From Rhizophagus irregularis (lineage: Eukaryota): a stretch of 64,000 nt of DNA. Positions 40,690 through 54,135 of this stretch are shown here, one piece after another; position 1 is the stretch's first letter; every line of letters begins with the position of its first letter. The DNA lies in NCBI RefSeq assembly GCF_026210795.1, contig NC_089430.1, positions 124,001 through 188,000 on the forward strand, given 5' to 3'. The translations under genes and the position numbers were made by a program. Under the pieces are notes generated by a model, which did no database searches, had not been told where the DNA came from, and saw nothing but the letters and a program-made list of their open reading frames with translations.

Positions 40690-41290
40690 TAAATTATCCA
40701 TTTCTTTAAACCAATCGTCATTCAAAGCATCAATTGCGGTTGGTCGTTGATTAGAATCTTCGATCAATCTATCACGAAAATTTTGAGCCCTTTCAGAAAG
40801 TGTACACTCTATCCATAAGTTTCCCGATCATCCAGATATCACCCCGATGCTTGACATATATCGATCCCATTTTCGTATTCTGGAGCTGCAATTTTCAATG
40901 TATTTCTTTATAACAATAATAATAAAAATTAGTTAATAAACTTAACCGCGTGCTTAAACAGTTCGATTGGCATTACTATACCTTTCATCTCCAATTCTGG
41001 CAGCTTCCTCAAAATCAATTAACAACCATTTACCATCTGTGAGCTTTACAACATTATCCCAACGAATGTCTCGATGGACAACCTCCTCATATGAAGTCTA
41101 CCTACAATATCAGATCATTTTCATTTTTAGGGAATACATAAATATCCAACTGGTCCATAAGTATATCCTATTTATAGTAGTAGAATATTTAACGTCCTTT
41201 TAATGTCATGGAAGAATTTTTTTGTAAAGATCCTCGTGAAGTCGTTTATCCACAACCACCGCAAGAGGACAATTGTTCTTTTGTACAAAA
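40690..41290 (-). pseudogene. Protein kinase domain (Crinkler-associated type), disrupted
   Basis: VVHRDIRWDNVVKLTDGKWLLIDFEEAA, IAAPE, GDIWMIGKL and QRPTAIDALNDDWF on the minus strand. Confidence 0.8.
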
Positions 41291-41318
41291 AAAAGATATT
41301 AGTATACTTGCAATAAAA

Positions 41319-41830
41319 GTCGATAAAAGTCGATAAAGACGACGATAAAGACGATAAAGACGATAAAGACGATAATGACGATAATGACGATAATGACGAT
41401 AATGACGATAATGACGATAATGACGATAATGACGATAATGACGATAATGACGATAATGACGATAATGACGATAATGACGATAATGACGATAATGACGATA
41501 ATGACGATAATGACGATAATGACGATAATGACGATAATGACGATAATGACGATAATGACGATAATGACGATAATGACGATAACGATAAAGTCGATAAAGA
41601 CGACTATGAAGACGATAAAGACGATAAAGACGATAATGACGATAATGACGATAATGACGATAATGACGATAACGATAAAGTCGATAAAGACGACTATGAA
41701 GACGATAATGACGATAAAGACGATAATGACGATAACGATAAAGTCGATAAAGACGACTATGAAGACGATAAAGACGATAAAGACGATAATGACGATAATG
41801 ACGATAAAGACGATAAAGACGATAAAGACG
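41319..41830. repeat. 9-bp minisatellite (GACGATAAT/GACGATAAA)n with higher-order blocks
   Basis: Directly visible. The variant block AACGATAAAGTCGATAAAGACGACTATGAA recurs three times. Confidence 0.95.
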
Positions 41831-42322
41831 TAGACGAAGCAGTTTCTTAATTATAAAATCAAGCAAGGTACATAGCTTCCGCTTCTTCGCTTGCAAAGAC
41901 ATACTAGTAAGGTTTTACACTTACCATTCGACATTCTTGATAATTACGTTAGTACCTTAGCGTTAGTTTTTAAGAGAAAAAAGTAGAAAGCACCTTTGAG
42001 AAAGTTTGAGGTATATATATACCCTTTCTGGGTTTAAATACATCGTGACTATTTGACTTCTTAATAGACCCTTGTTATGGCAATTCCCATAAAAAAAAAA
42101 ATTCTGGTATGAAATAGGCAAGTAGCATAGTACATAAATCATTACATTTCTCATACCGTCATACGATACTTATGAGTTATGATATCATCATATACTGATA
42201 AATTCTATTTTTTCTAAATACCTATATCGTCATTATAAGCCACTGATCAAGAGTCTATTTTATTATTAATCATGATGAATTCTAAAAAAATATGTTTTAT
42301 CTCTTTACAGAAAATATTCAAC

Positions 42323-43490
42323 ATGTGCTTTTCCTTAAATTGTTTACTTCTAGGCGAGAAATCTAGAAAATTCTTTCTCGGTTATTGTTGCCGAAGAAAT
42401 CCTTGTTCCTGATAATAATAATAATTCCTATAGAGTCATACATGATGATATTCTAGTTTCACATTTCAAGTCTCTTGTCTTTAATGAAAAAAGTGACGAT
42501 ACTTACTTACCGAATATTTTACTAAGAAAAATTTTAAAGAAAACGAAATCGAGAGGGAGGCAATTCACATCATCGTGCAAGTGCCCGCTGGTGTCTCCCA
42601 ATGGTTTACCTCTCGAACAAGAAAATTTCCGGTTCAATAAATACGTAATACCTGCACTGTATCATATTCTTTCTTATTTCTATTAATTAAGAAAGATCAA
42701 GCAATATGGCTACATGAAACCTCCATATCCCTAAATGTCTCAATATTTTACCTCCTCATTTATGTAAATTGTTATTGACCTTTTTTGGCGCTTTCTTCTT
42801 TTTTAGACACTCCAAATAATAGAACAAAACTTGAGGTAAAGTTGTTAATTGGTGTTTTATTCCTAGTATAGTTTTATTTGATTTTTAGTATCAATAGTCA
42901 TTTTTTTTTTCATTTCGACGAAGATATTAAATTAGGACTTGTAAATATTCGGTCTTATTTTGTATAAGATCTCTTGCGTCCTTTTGATGAACCAGTCAAT
43001 TGTAATAATATCAATTCATACCTCCGCTACGAAAGAAATTGCCAGCCCACTACTTTCATTGTTGTAATTTTCCTGACTTTCTTGACCACGAAGGTTCCAA
43101 GTATCTTCCTGACGTAATTCTTGCTGTTGAGAATGCTATGGAACTATGAAAAACCACAAGTTATATGATCGGCTATGTCGTAAATGCTTCAATTTGCTGA
43201 TAAATATATTGGTAAATCTGGATTAGAATGGGCTTGCAACAATTAAATGAGTGAATTCACTATAACTACAAATAAGATTGTCCCAGATGTATTAGTTTAT
43301 TGTAGAGACGTACTTGTAATGATGGGCAAGGAGAAGCTGCTCATTCAACATTTGCAACTGCAGCGGCAGAATTAGATGATTACTTTAAATTTTGGAACAT
43401 GTTTGCCTTTAGATTACCACTTGTTATTGCCTTTGCAGCAGTTGGTTCACAGATACAATTTTATTTCTTACATTTAGATAATTCCTCAGA
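42323..43490 (+). pseudogene. Crinkler (CRN)-like effector pseudogene: N-terminal Ubl domain plus REase-like domain
   Basis: MCFSLNCLLLGE...FSVIV and AIHIIVQVP (CRN HVLV-type motif). Downstream PDVLVY...VMMGKEK...AAAEL...WN...LPLVIAFAAVGSQIQFY. Frameshifted. Confidence 0.7.
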
Positions 43491-44049
43491 CCTCGACAAT
43501 CACTTCAACTTCCTCTTCGACCTCTTCAACTTCGATGACCTCTTCAATTTCAATGACCTCTTCGGATCAACCAAAGAAAGATACACCAATTTCTCCAGTA
43601 ATAAATCTAACCCAAGTAAACACACCACGAATTTAATTTCGGAATTTTATTTAATCCTGTATTTGCTTATTGAATAGAAATTATATATATACGAAAAATA
43701 TTAAATTTTCTCAAATTGTCAATCACACGAATAAAAAATTCTGCGGATTTTTTGATTCAGATATTTGTATTAACAGTATTTTTTTTTTTTTTTTGATTCG
43801 ATAAATTTATTCTTTTTGATTGGATCATAAATTCTATAAAATTATATTTCTTAAAATATATTAAACAAGTCATTTTATTAGTTAATTTTTTTTATTTTAG
43901 TATTCATTTATTTTAACAGGCAATTTGGGTAAAAAATGATCGTAAATATAATGATCATGTGGCTGCAAGCCTGCAATTTATTGGATAAAATTTATATATC
44001 GAACCAAACAGCAGGTTCGTTATGCATTTTCCACATTTTTAAGTGAAAA

Positions 44050-44670
44050 ATGTCTGTTAAGTGGAACAACAGATTGACCTTCTTATTGCCGAGCGTAAAA
44101 AATGTTGAGTACCATGCAATTCCAAAAGGACGAACAGACGCTTTCTGGGAAAACATCGCTACAAAGATAAATCAAAACACCAATTATTTTCGGGTGAAGA
44201 CTGCCGAAATAAATTTCTAAGATTAACACGAGCTTACTATGTAAATAATGGGTATTGAAATTCTTGTTAGAAAGCAGTCATATTCGTTCTGACAAATCGT
44301 TTATTAGGCGACTAAGAATGGAACGAAAAAAAGCCTTATAGGGGAAAAATTTTTCGAAAAGTTTTCCAATAGGAGGGACGGTATCATCTACTACTCCGAG
44401 AAAATCAAAACCGTCGAGGATTCCAAGACCTAAAGTTCTGGAGGGAGACCTAGAACTGCTTCGAGAATTCCAAGAGCAGTTCCTTCGTCGCGCTCCGCAA
44501 CACCTGCCGGGTCCAGATCCAACGACACTTTCCGCTAATGCTTCGAGACCAACTACTCCATCTGTAGTTTCTCGCCCACTACCCCAATATTCAATTAAAA
44601 TGCCGAGACTATTAATATCTATATTAATCACGCCAACGCAGATAGTGAGGAATAATGTTTCTGATCAGTA
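44050..44670 (+). pseudogene. Myb/SANT-like (trihelix-type) DNA-binding protein, disrupted
   Basis: QIDLLIAERK / FWENIATKINQ / GEDCRNKFLRLTRAYY read across frameshifts. Confidence 0.5.
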
Positions 44671-46276
44671 ACGAAATATCTTAAGATAAAGTAGTATATG
44701 TGTTGTATAGTAAATTTTTGTATTTACAAAAGCTAATATAATATATGATTTATATTGTAGCATACCAGTTACTGCACAGTACCCATCTTTAAAATCCAGC
44801 TCCTGAACAGTTCGTTCGAAAAATGACCCCAACGACGAGATCATGACATAAGGTCACTGTTGCAATGTTGCCTCATTTCATGACAACTGCGCACATGTAG
44901 TACATGATTATTTTCTATATCTATTAACAAAAATAGGAAAAATATGAACCATGTTCACTCTCGGATGTAACGATGAAACATGATGGATATACTTCTATTC
45001 AATAAGAGGATTAGTTCGTCATGATCCGTACTATTATTTTTTTTCACATGAATTGCTTATCGAATTATTTTCCCTTCTATGTGATGAATAATTGAATATC
45101 AAATTTTATTTCGACTAGTTAATTAACCGAAGAACTAGCGACAGCACAGGGATGAATATATTATATATTATGTCTGATTTCCAATCTAGTTATGCACGAA
45201 CATTGGTTAATCATATTATTAAATGCGTTATCTGACAACGGAAAGAAATTTTTTTTTCAATGGGACTACACTTTGCAGCCAAATAATAAATATTATTCTG
45301 TATATAATAAAAAAGGATACTTTTGCGCCACATGATTCGCAGAAGTCTACAATTTATTAGGCATGTTTAAGAATTTGTGTCCCATGGCACGAAAAAATAT
45401 AGATATATTAGAAGGTTGCTTTTGCATAGTCTTTGCCAGTAAATTCTTAACATTTTCTAGGGTTCGGATTTTAGTTATTACTTCGTTACACTCTTCTAGA
45501 TCATAAATTGCATTTTTAATAAAAATCCACTACTGAAAAATACATGAGAGAAAATTTGTTATAAGACTGAAACCTAAGCCGAAAAATTTCAGACGGAGCC
45601 CAACAGCCCCACGTCCAGTAACAATATCCTAACTTCTTCCTCCATCAAAATTTTCCCTACAAAAAAGTAAAAAAATTAATACCTAAACTAAAAACCAATT
45701 AGATTTTCATCTGTGAAAATTTTGTCTTTTTTAACGTGAAATCACGTGACTTTGACAACAGATGGAAACTCAAATTCCTTTCATCCCTCTTCCTTATCCT
45801 TGCTTTTTCTTCTTCGTTTCCTCCTTCATCTTCGAACTTTGTGCTGGTGACGAAACACAACACAGTAGGGATAATTTGCCTGTCTTCATGATCGGATTAC
45901 AATGATCTCCAATTCAGTAATTCTACAAGACCTATAAATTATTTGCGATTGCAAAGTAGTAATGATGAGAGCTACAAGAAAATATAGCTTTTTTCACAGT
46001 TTGTTTTTAATGCGGACTAATGTTTCTAATCATTGTCGAAAAACTTAATTCGCAACCTAAGATGTCCTATGGTGCTAGTCTTAATCGGTTGTCCTGCATA
46101 TTTTACAAATGATACATTTTAGGTAAATCGCCAATCCGCAGTTCTGCTTTATTGTGAGCCTGTGACCCAAGGACCCAAGGGTCACGAATTTTGATCACAT
46201 GAATGGCAACGATCCCAATATAAAGTTTCACGTGACTTCATCAACGAATAAGAATTTTTTTGAATCCTTTGACCAT

Positions 46277-48380
46277 TTGCGTCAAAATTCAAACACTACG
46301 CATAATACTGATTCACAGACCTACGTCAATAAGATTTATGAAGACATATTACAAAGCATCAACCGTACTATAAAATCACCGATAATCAAAAACAACTCAC
46401 ACCAATATGAATACTCACATAATATCAGAGTTATTCAAAATGACATTTATTATATCCTTAAACTTATTAAATTATCAAAATTATATTTCTCTATTAACAA
46501 TAACACAAAACATTTACCCCTTTTAAATTTTTGGAACGGACCAAAAAAACTTAACAGATTAAATAGAATATCAAATGAACCAAAAATCAAACCAATACTC
46601 ACGCAAGATGACCAAGAATTTATATGGCCTAACAATTTAACTTACCGTAATTTTATACACACGATAACGACCTTACAAAGCATTCACGAAATTCTTAAAA
46701 CATCATATGAAGAAGAAATAAGCATATTCAACAAAAAGAAAATTGAAAAATATATCAACCAACGCGATAATAATATTATAATTAATCAAAAAAGAATGCT
46801 TAATTCTTTATTAGATCAAAAACCGAACATTATAAAAATAGATAGATTAATTTATGACGATAAAAATGGAATTAAATCGTTTACAACTGATCCACAGCAA
46901 ATAGAATCATTAGCAATCACTCACTATACGAATATTTCAAAGATTGAAAGCACAAGTAGATCTTATGATCCAGACGTCATTTTACGCCAACCATGGAAAG
47001 ATATTTATCAACCATTTACACATATTCCATCATCTGCTTACAACAAATTAATTGATCCTATTACTTTAGACGAACTAATTACTAACATCAAAGACCTCCC
47101 TAACAACAAAGCCACAGGACCTAACAATATTTCGAATGAAATTATAAAAAAATTACCATCACAGATGTTAGAAGTAATTTTATCACTATTTAATTATAGT
47201 CTAGAAAAAGGAATTATCCCATCACAATTTGATTTAGCATACCTATACCCAATACCGAAACCCCAATGGTGGAATTACGACATTAATCTTACTAGACCTA
47301 TAATCCTATTAGATTGTATAAGAAAATTAATGGTTAAAATTATTAACAGTAGATTGAATCATTACTTATCCACTAATCAAATTCTACAACACAATAACCA
47401 AGCAGGCATACAAGGCGCTTCTTGTAATGAAATTATTTTACAAATTCAAGCTATTATAGACCATCAATACGATACGAAAAATCCATTCTACTTAGCACTC
47501 CAAGATCTCAGTAAGGCATACGATCGAGTTGATCTTAAATTACTACAACTCTCTCTCAAACGTATTAATATACCTAATATATTAATCACCTTCATTGATA
47601 ACTTATTTACTCGTCATCAAAATAGTATTAAATAGTTCACAGTATACTAACGATAATGGAATTATACAAGAAGAGGTTATATCGCCTTTACTATGGGTCA
47701 TATATTACGACCCTATGTTTGCAGCCATCAACAAATCTTCATTTCCAGGCTACAATTTATATGCTGCTATACCAAAAAATATTTTCCGCCGAGATGATTT
47801 ACATGAAATATCTATTAATATCAAATTACTAGGATATCTAGATGATACAACATGGTTTGCGCAAAATTTTGATGATCTACAAAATAATCTAGCAATTGCA
47901 GATGATTTCTATGCTTTATAAAGCAAATATAAAAATTAATAAGGATAAAACAAAAATCCTTACTAACGACAAATTCATCAACAAAAAAGAATACATTCCT
48001 TTACAATTTGGCGAAGATCTAGTTGATATAAAAGTTATCTCCCCTTCAAATAATGAAAGAATATTAGGGATTTATATCAACACTAACAACAAATTTCAAT
48101 TCACAATTAACAAAATCAAAAGAATGTTAAAATATATATGTTCCAATTTAAAAAGGAAAAAAATAACACACGACCATGTTATTTATATAATCAACAAAGT
48201 TCTTATTCCCAGAATTGAATATTTATGTCAACATTCTATTATACTCCCTCATATATGCAACGATTTTAATAGAATAATTCGTTCCCTTTATAAATCATCG
48301 CTCCTACTACCCGCTCCATATATAATACTATTATTCATAACCCTATATATCCCAATATCTTGAATATTTGGGATCATCAA
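46277..48380 (+). pseudogene. LINE reverse transcriptase, frameshifted
   Basis: KATGPNNISNE, TRPIILLD, QDLSKAYDRV, GIIQEEVISPLLW, YLDDTT, INKDKT and ERILGI. Confidence 0.93.
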
Positions 48381-48427
48381 TTTGTCATTGGTTACTCCTC
48401 TCTAGAAATAAAATAAATAAATAAAAT
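46277..48427 (+). mobile_element. 5'-truncated, internally deleted LINE (non-LTR retrotransposon)
   Basis: RT fragments, 3' terminus TCATTGGTTACTCCTCTCTA with an (AAAAT)n-like tail, and a 14-bp TSD aatcctttgaccat (46263-46276) / aatcctttaaccat (48428-48441). Confidence 0.88.
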
Positions 48428-51400
48428 AATCCTTTAACCATATTATGATTCGAAAATATGTAAACGCCAATGCATAGCATTAAATTCTTAACAGACGAAC
48501 ATGAAAACATCGAACATGCAAGTTATGATTTATTATTAGAAAATAAAATAGAATACTGTACATCAAAGTTTCGAAGAAACATTACATAAAACGAATCATA
48601 TATTACTATTATACTCTTCTATATTTATTCGTTATATACCCTGTAAATTATACTAATACTTCCGATATCGGAACCTGTCTGCTATTCTTAAATTTTTCTG
48701 TATTCGATTTCTTATTATTAACAATTCCTTTTTAACATCATGTTTTTTAATCCGTGATACTTCATCGACTAAATTAAATTATTTTTTGTCTACTGTTTCT
48801 TCTACTATCGAACATGTAATGTTCTCTGTCATCTTCTGCAATCAAACATCTCTTTTCGATTATTGAAATAATACTTCATCTCCTATAATTGAGGACTATA
48901 TGTCCACTGTTTTTCTTCGACGATAGAACACATGTATTCTAGGAAATTGGGTAAATCCCTTCGCTCCATGAATCTCCATATACTACTTCGGAAAAGGATC
49001 TTAAGTGTTCTGTTATGCTATCGTTAAATCTGAAAACTATTCATGTGAATGAAAAACTCTATACACATCCGCATTGTGATCCTTAACTACTAGTTTCGTA
49101 GATAACTCCTTTTTGTCATATGCCGATATGTTATATTGTTTTTGTGTTGGATAATAGCGATATATATCTGTTTCGTATCCACTAGATTCTATCTAGAACT
49201 GGAGAGATTAGAAACTTCGAGAGATAATAGAAGAATCTCTTCGTATAGGCATCCAGGTATTTCGTTATAATTATCTACAGAAAACGGTTATTCAGGTATA
49301 ATAAGTTAATGAATAAAAAGCGTGGTTGAGCGGTAAAACGCTCATGGTAAAGACAAAAAGATGCATTTGTATCGCCGTAGAAAAATGTCTGATAATACCT
49401 GAAGCCAAGGGATGATATTCTTTATAGGATACTAAGAGGATAACGTCAAAGGAAATATTGAGTTAAAACATACGATTGATGACAACCTATGTAAAAAAGT
49501 ATTATCGTATAACATACCGTGTAATAGTAACTTGAGTCGAGACTAGTTATAGGAAGGTCTAACACTATATCCATAGTGTTTAAGTGATAGACGAATTTCC
49601 ACTATAAAGATTCTTGACATTCATTCATATGAAGTAAGATCCGACGAAAATGAGAATGATTCCATTGCGGTTGCGGTTTATTAAAGTACTCGAAAGTTTC
49701 TGTGCCGTTTGCATTACACTATCATTAGACTGACCAGCATAATTATCAACTGATGTAGTGAAGAATAATCGCTATGTATCTGGATATTCCTTCGAGCATG
49801 ATAATGTTGAGTAGGAATTGAAAATGGATCTTCCCATGAAAATAGATCTTTCCATAAAAATGGGATTGTTAAGCTGTACTGGCTAGCGAGTCGGCGAAGT
49901 CATACAGAACTTCGAATTATGGTCCGCCATCGAACATTCCATTTATTCGAAACAACTCAAAGTCTCTCCGTATAAAGTCAAAGCCCTATGGATACGTGGG
50001 AATCTGGAGTATCTTTATATGGTAATCGAAATGAAGTCCTTAGTAAAGAACCCACGGGCAAAAATGGTAATAAGAGAATACTTGGATTTCGCATTAATCA
50101 TTCTAGTAATTATTCTTTGTAGATATTGTATAGTTATGTATTGCTTAGTCGAGTGCCTACTTGGTATGTATAACTCAATATATTCATATCTGTCGCATAT
50201 GATTTTTATCATATTCGAAACTGAAATCCCACGTTGAACCAATCTTGATGGCCAAATAAATCCAGCTACTATCATCTGTATTAAGGAAAGCCCGGTAATA
50301 TGAACGTTCATGGAAAATAGTTGCTACACTGCGTGAAGCGCAGTTCCCTCCAGGCATTGTAAACACTCTATAAACCTTGCGAATTATTCACGTAAACAAT
50401 GCGGGCTTTGCCTAGTTTCACTGAACAGACTTCTCACATTTGCTACAGTATTATTTCCATCTTGAATCGAAAAACAGATATCTTTCTTCAGACAAAGTGT
50501 TGATTGTCATTCAATATTATAAGTTCATCTAAAGATGACTTGATAAAGAATTATTACGTTAAATAAAAATTGATGGCAAACGTGATTGTGTGAAATACAA
50601 ATTCCTACTTTCTGTACAGAAATTTGGATCACGTATCTCTATTTCAAACAACTTGGACAATCTTCATTTGCAACTTTATGAAGTTCAAAACAGTAGTTAA
50701 TAGAAGTAATTACCATGCGATCAATTATGTCCGAAATCTATTATATATTTATTAGAATAAGATAAAAAAGAAATATTATGACGTATATTTGTGAGACATG
50801 TTCATCCAAAATCGAGAGGATCAAAGACTAAATAAATGGCTTGATTCTTATTGTCGTTTACCTTAATCCCTAGTCATCTTAAGAAATATAAACGAAGAAA
50901 AATACGTAATAGGATAAAGTACAAATCCAGAGTCATTTATTTGCCCAGTATCTTCCTTTTGTAAATATTCGGATACTCTTAACAACAGTTGTATTATTTC
51001 CCGTTGATCTTCATAAATTTAATTACGTTCCCAAGATAGTTACATTGACTATAATTTTTAATGAGATAATTGATTGTAATTGTTCCACAATTTAGAAAAC
51101 AAGTTCAATTGTAAATCTACGCTTTTGAAAGAGACAATATCTAGTGGGACTGTTCTTTTCGAATGTTCAAAAGGAACGAACACAATTCATTCTCGTTAGC
51201 TATGGAACAATATTCTCCGCTTGAGATTATATCAGCATAAATGTTCGTAGATTAAAAGATGTGGCCTCTGGGCAGTTAAGCTTTTTGTTTAATCGCATTC
51301 TCCAAGGAAACCTTTCTTTTGTGGTACATGGAGACTAGCTGTTGTGTTAAGAGAGATGCAAACCGGTTTAAATTTACAGCGCAAACAATAGTAATTTATT

Positions 51401-51582
51401 TCTAATCATCTACAGTTACTGCTTAAAAGCAATTTTTTTTACTCTCTCGTCTTATCAGTTATGCATGATGTAGAAAAAATACGACATACAGTGTGGGCAG
51501 TGTGGGACAAAAGAAAAGTGATCACGTGAGTAAAATGATCTACATCTAAATTTGTACACTTAAATACATAAAAAATCTTACA

Positions 51583-54135
51583 AAAAAACTCTTTCCCCTT
51601 TCCATAATTTTACATACAAAACCGCAGTAAAATACTGTTTTTTCTCACAAAACCTTTTTAACGTTTTTAACGCTAGAGAAGATAGAGGACCACGGGGTGG
51701 CCTCTTATGGAAAGGTTCTTCTCACTTCACAACCATCCTTTGAAAGTAGTTTTATACACACTTATCATATTATTTACTTGACTTACTGAATAATATGACT
51801 TTGAGTACTGAAAAGTCTCTTCCCTTGGGAAAATTCCACTTTGATGTTTCATTTCACAAATTCCACGTGACTCGACCTAATCGAGCTGGATGTAACAAGA
51901 TTTACAAAATCAGGAGATCAAAAAGTTTCTTTTTTGAGTTAGTCAATCATAAAACAAACACCAATGATATTCATCTTAAAATACACACAAATGATTACCA
52001 TATGAAAAAAATCCCTATTAGCTACAATTCCACATGTAGCTTCCCTAATCTGAAATACCAGATTAGTAAGATGTTACATCATTTTTTTTCTCATCAAAGA
52101 GTTATACCACGCTCAATCCAAAAAAATATTTCAATTTAATTTGTTCCAAACTTTTAGACCGATATTGGATTATTAAATCATGTGCCAATCAAACATCATA
52201 TAGAAACACATGTACTAAAACTTTCTTTAATTTTTCATACAAAAAATACCGCTTTCATTTCGGCATCTTTACTCCTTGCCATCATTATAACACACATGAT
52301 TTTAACCCAATTACAATGATATTTGTAATGTCCCAGCCCCATATATAATGTCTTTAAATAGACGTGGCTGTATCGAACATCAAAAATTTATAAACTTATT
52401 TCACAATATTAAAATACAACCAAATACTCATACCAACGGTAACAATACCAAACAATTTCACGCTAACCACTTATTCAATCAATGGCAAAATCGACACAAA
52501 AAACATGTGTTCTTGAACCGTCTTGGAATTTCATATAACGTTTCATATTGCAACAATGCACCTGAATATTATTTCAAATACAAAAATTGTAGTATGTACT
52601 GTAAACGACTTGATAATTTTCAAGCTCAACATCAACTTCAAAAGAACAATCGTAGTAGAAAACAAAAACGTAGATTTGAGCGGGCTTGCAAGTCCATTTT
52701 TAATAATCGACATCAAGGTCCTAACAAACCACCTCCTGCGAATAATATTACTGACAAATTACATCATGCTCGCCAGCATAGATTTTTATTTTTACCTTCA
52801 CAATATATCAATAAACTGATTCAACACCTTAAATATCATAAAAGTAAGATCACCACTCCATATGTCAAAGGACTATGGATTTCAAATTCCTCACGCTGCT
52901 ATAACACTTTTAACGATTGATAATACGATTCCTACAACAGAAGCTATAGATATGATAGCTCCACCTACTAATGACATTCCAATTCCTTCTGAAGAGGGAA
53001 AGACTTGGCACCTGAAGTTGGGTATCCTTATAGAGGATGAATTATTTCCTTATGTACCTACAGATCCTATTTATAAAACAAAAAATTGCCGTAGAAGGGG
53101 CAAAGACCCGTTAACTCCTGGTAGTAGACTATGGCTAGAAGCCGTGAAAAATCACTGAGCGTATGTTTTGGAAAAAACAACATCAATGAAATTCAACAAC
53201 AATATAAGGAAAAAGCAAAATTATGGAATACATCCGAATACAGATATCAATTTAGGGAAGACAAAGTAAAATGTCTTACGAGATTTCAACATTATTACCA
53301 TAAGTCGATTAATAAATTGATCAACCGTCATGACACTTTAAATGATAAACTCAACAAGGAATCAAGAAAGGTAAAACGACCAAACAATTATACCAACTTG
53401 AGCTGGAACTAGCTCAGTTTAATATCGATTATAATTCAACACTAGATCCTGTTCAATTATACAAATGCTATGAAGGCGAAATGTCAGATGACGCTAAAGA
53501 ACTCGAACAACGACCCCACAAACGTTCAACTCACCATCACATCGACTCCCATTTGAATCATGACAATAGACGAGATTCTATTAAACGCATCAAAATTATC
53601 ACCATACCCGACCTATTTACAAATAGTAATGAAGGCGGTATGCCTTCTACCTCATACTAATTATAATGACATACACGCTATCAGTTTTACAATTAAAACC
53701 TGTGGCCGCTGATAGTATTTTATTTACAACGTTCTATGCCACATATACCACTGACATGTAATTAATTACATCTTTTTAACGGGTAACCCCTCATACGAAT
53801 ATAAAATCCACGTACAACAATAAGAATAGTGTGAATCACTCCACCTATGACAGTATTTACAGGTGGCATCTCTTTAGGTTTGATACCTGATATGGGTGAA
53901 AGAATAATACGGATCATTTCTTTTTTTTAGGGTTGATTGTTTTTCTTATTTTTTCTTTATCAGTAGCGTAGTTTTACTGTTAGAGTAGTTCTGCCCAGAG
54001 GGTGAGGTCTTACTGGTAGGGATATATAACCTTAGCATCCATAATAGTTTAGTTTTCCGCTTATTATAGTTGTTTCTACTATTATGTATTTCATTGGTTA
54101 CTCCTCTCTAAATTAAAATAAAATAAAATAAAATA
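51583..54135 (+). mobile_element. RT-less, protein-coding non-autonomous non-LTR retroelement
   Basis: Perfect 17-bp TSD ACATAAAAAATCTTACA (51566-51582, 54136-54152), an (AAAAT)n tail, and a 3' 20-mer identical to the LINE at 48385-48404. Confidence 0.85.
51795..53660 (+). pseudogene. Frameshifted ~600-aa basic His/Cys-rich protein of unknown function carried by the retroelement
   Basis: Consecutive same-strand ORFs at 51795, 52348, 52862 and 53131, plus the segment ending TAA at 53660, join through frameshifts. No RT, endonuclease or RNase H motif seen. Confidence 0.65.

Noticed and set aside
41246..41902. 218-aa RHY-repeat ORF and 152-aa TIM-repeat ORF
   Set aside because: By-products of a stop-free 9-bp minisatellite.
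46199..46276. N-terminus of the 478-aa RT ORF
   Set aside because: It lies outside the LINE, at or before the left TSD; this is flanking DNA that happens to be in frame.
53870..53915. Hammerhead ribozyme (CTGATAT...GAAA)
   Set aside because: The core deviates from CUGANGA, and I could not build stem II and the other flanking stems.
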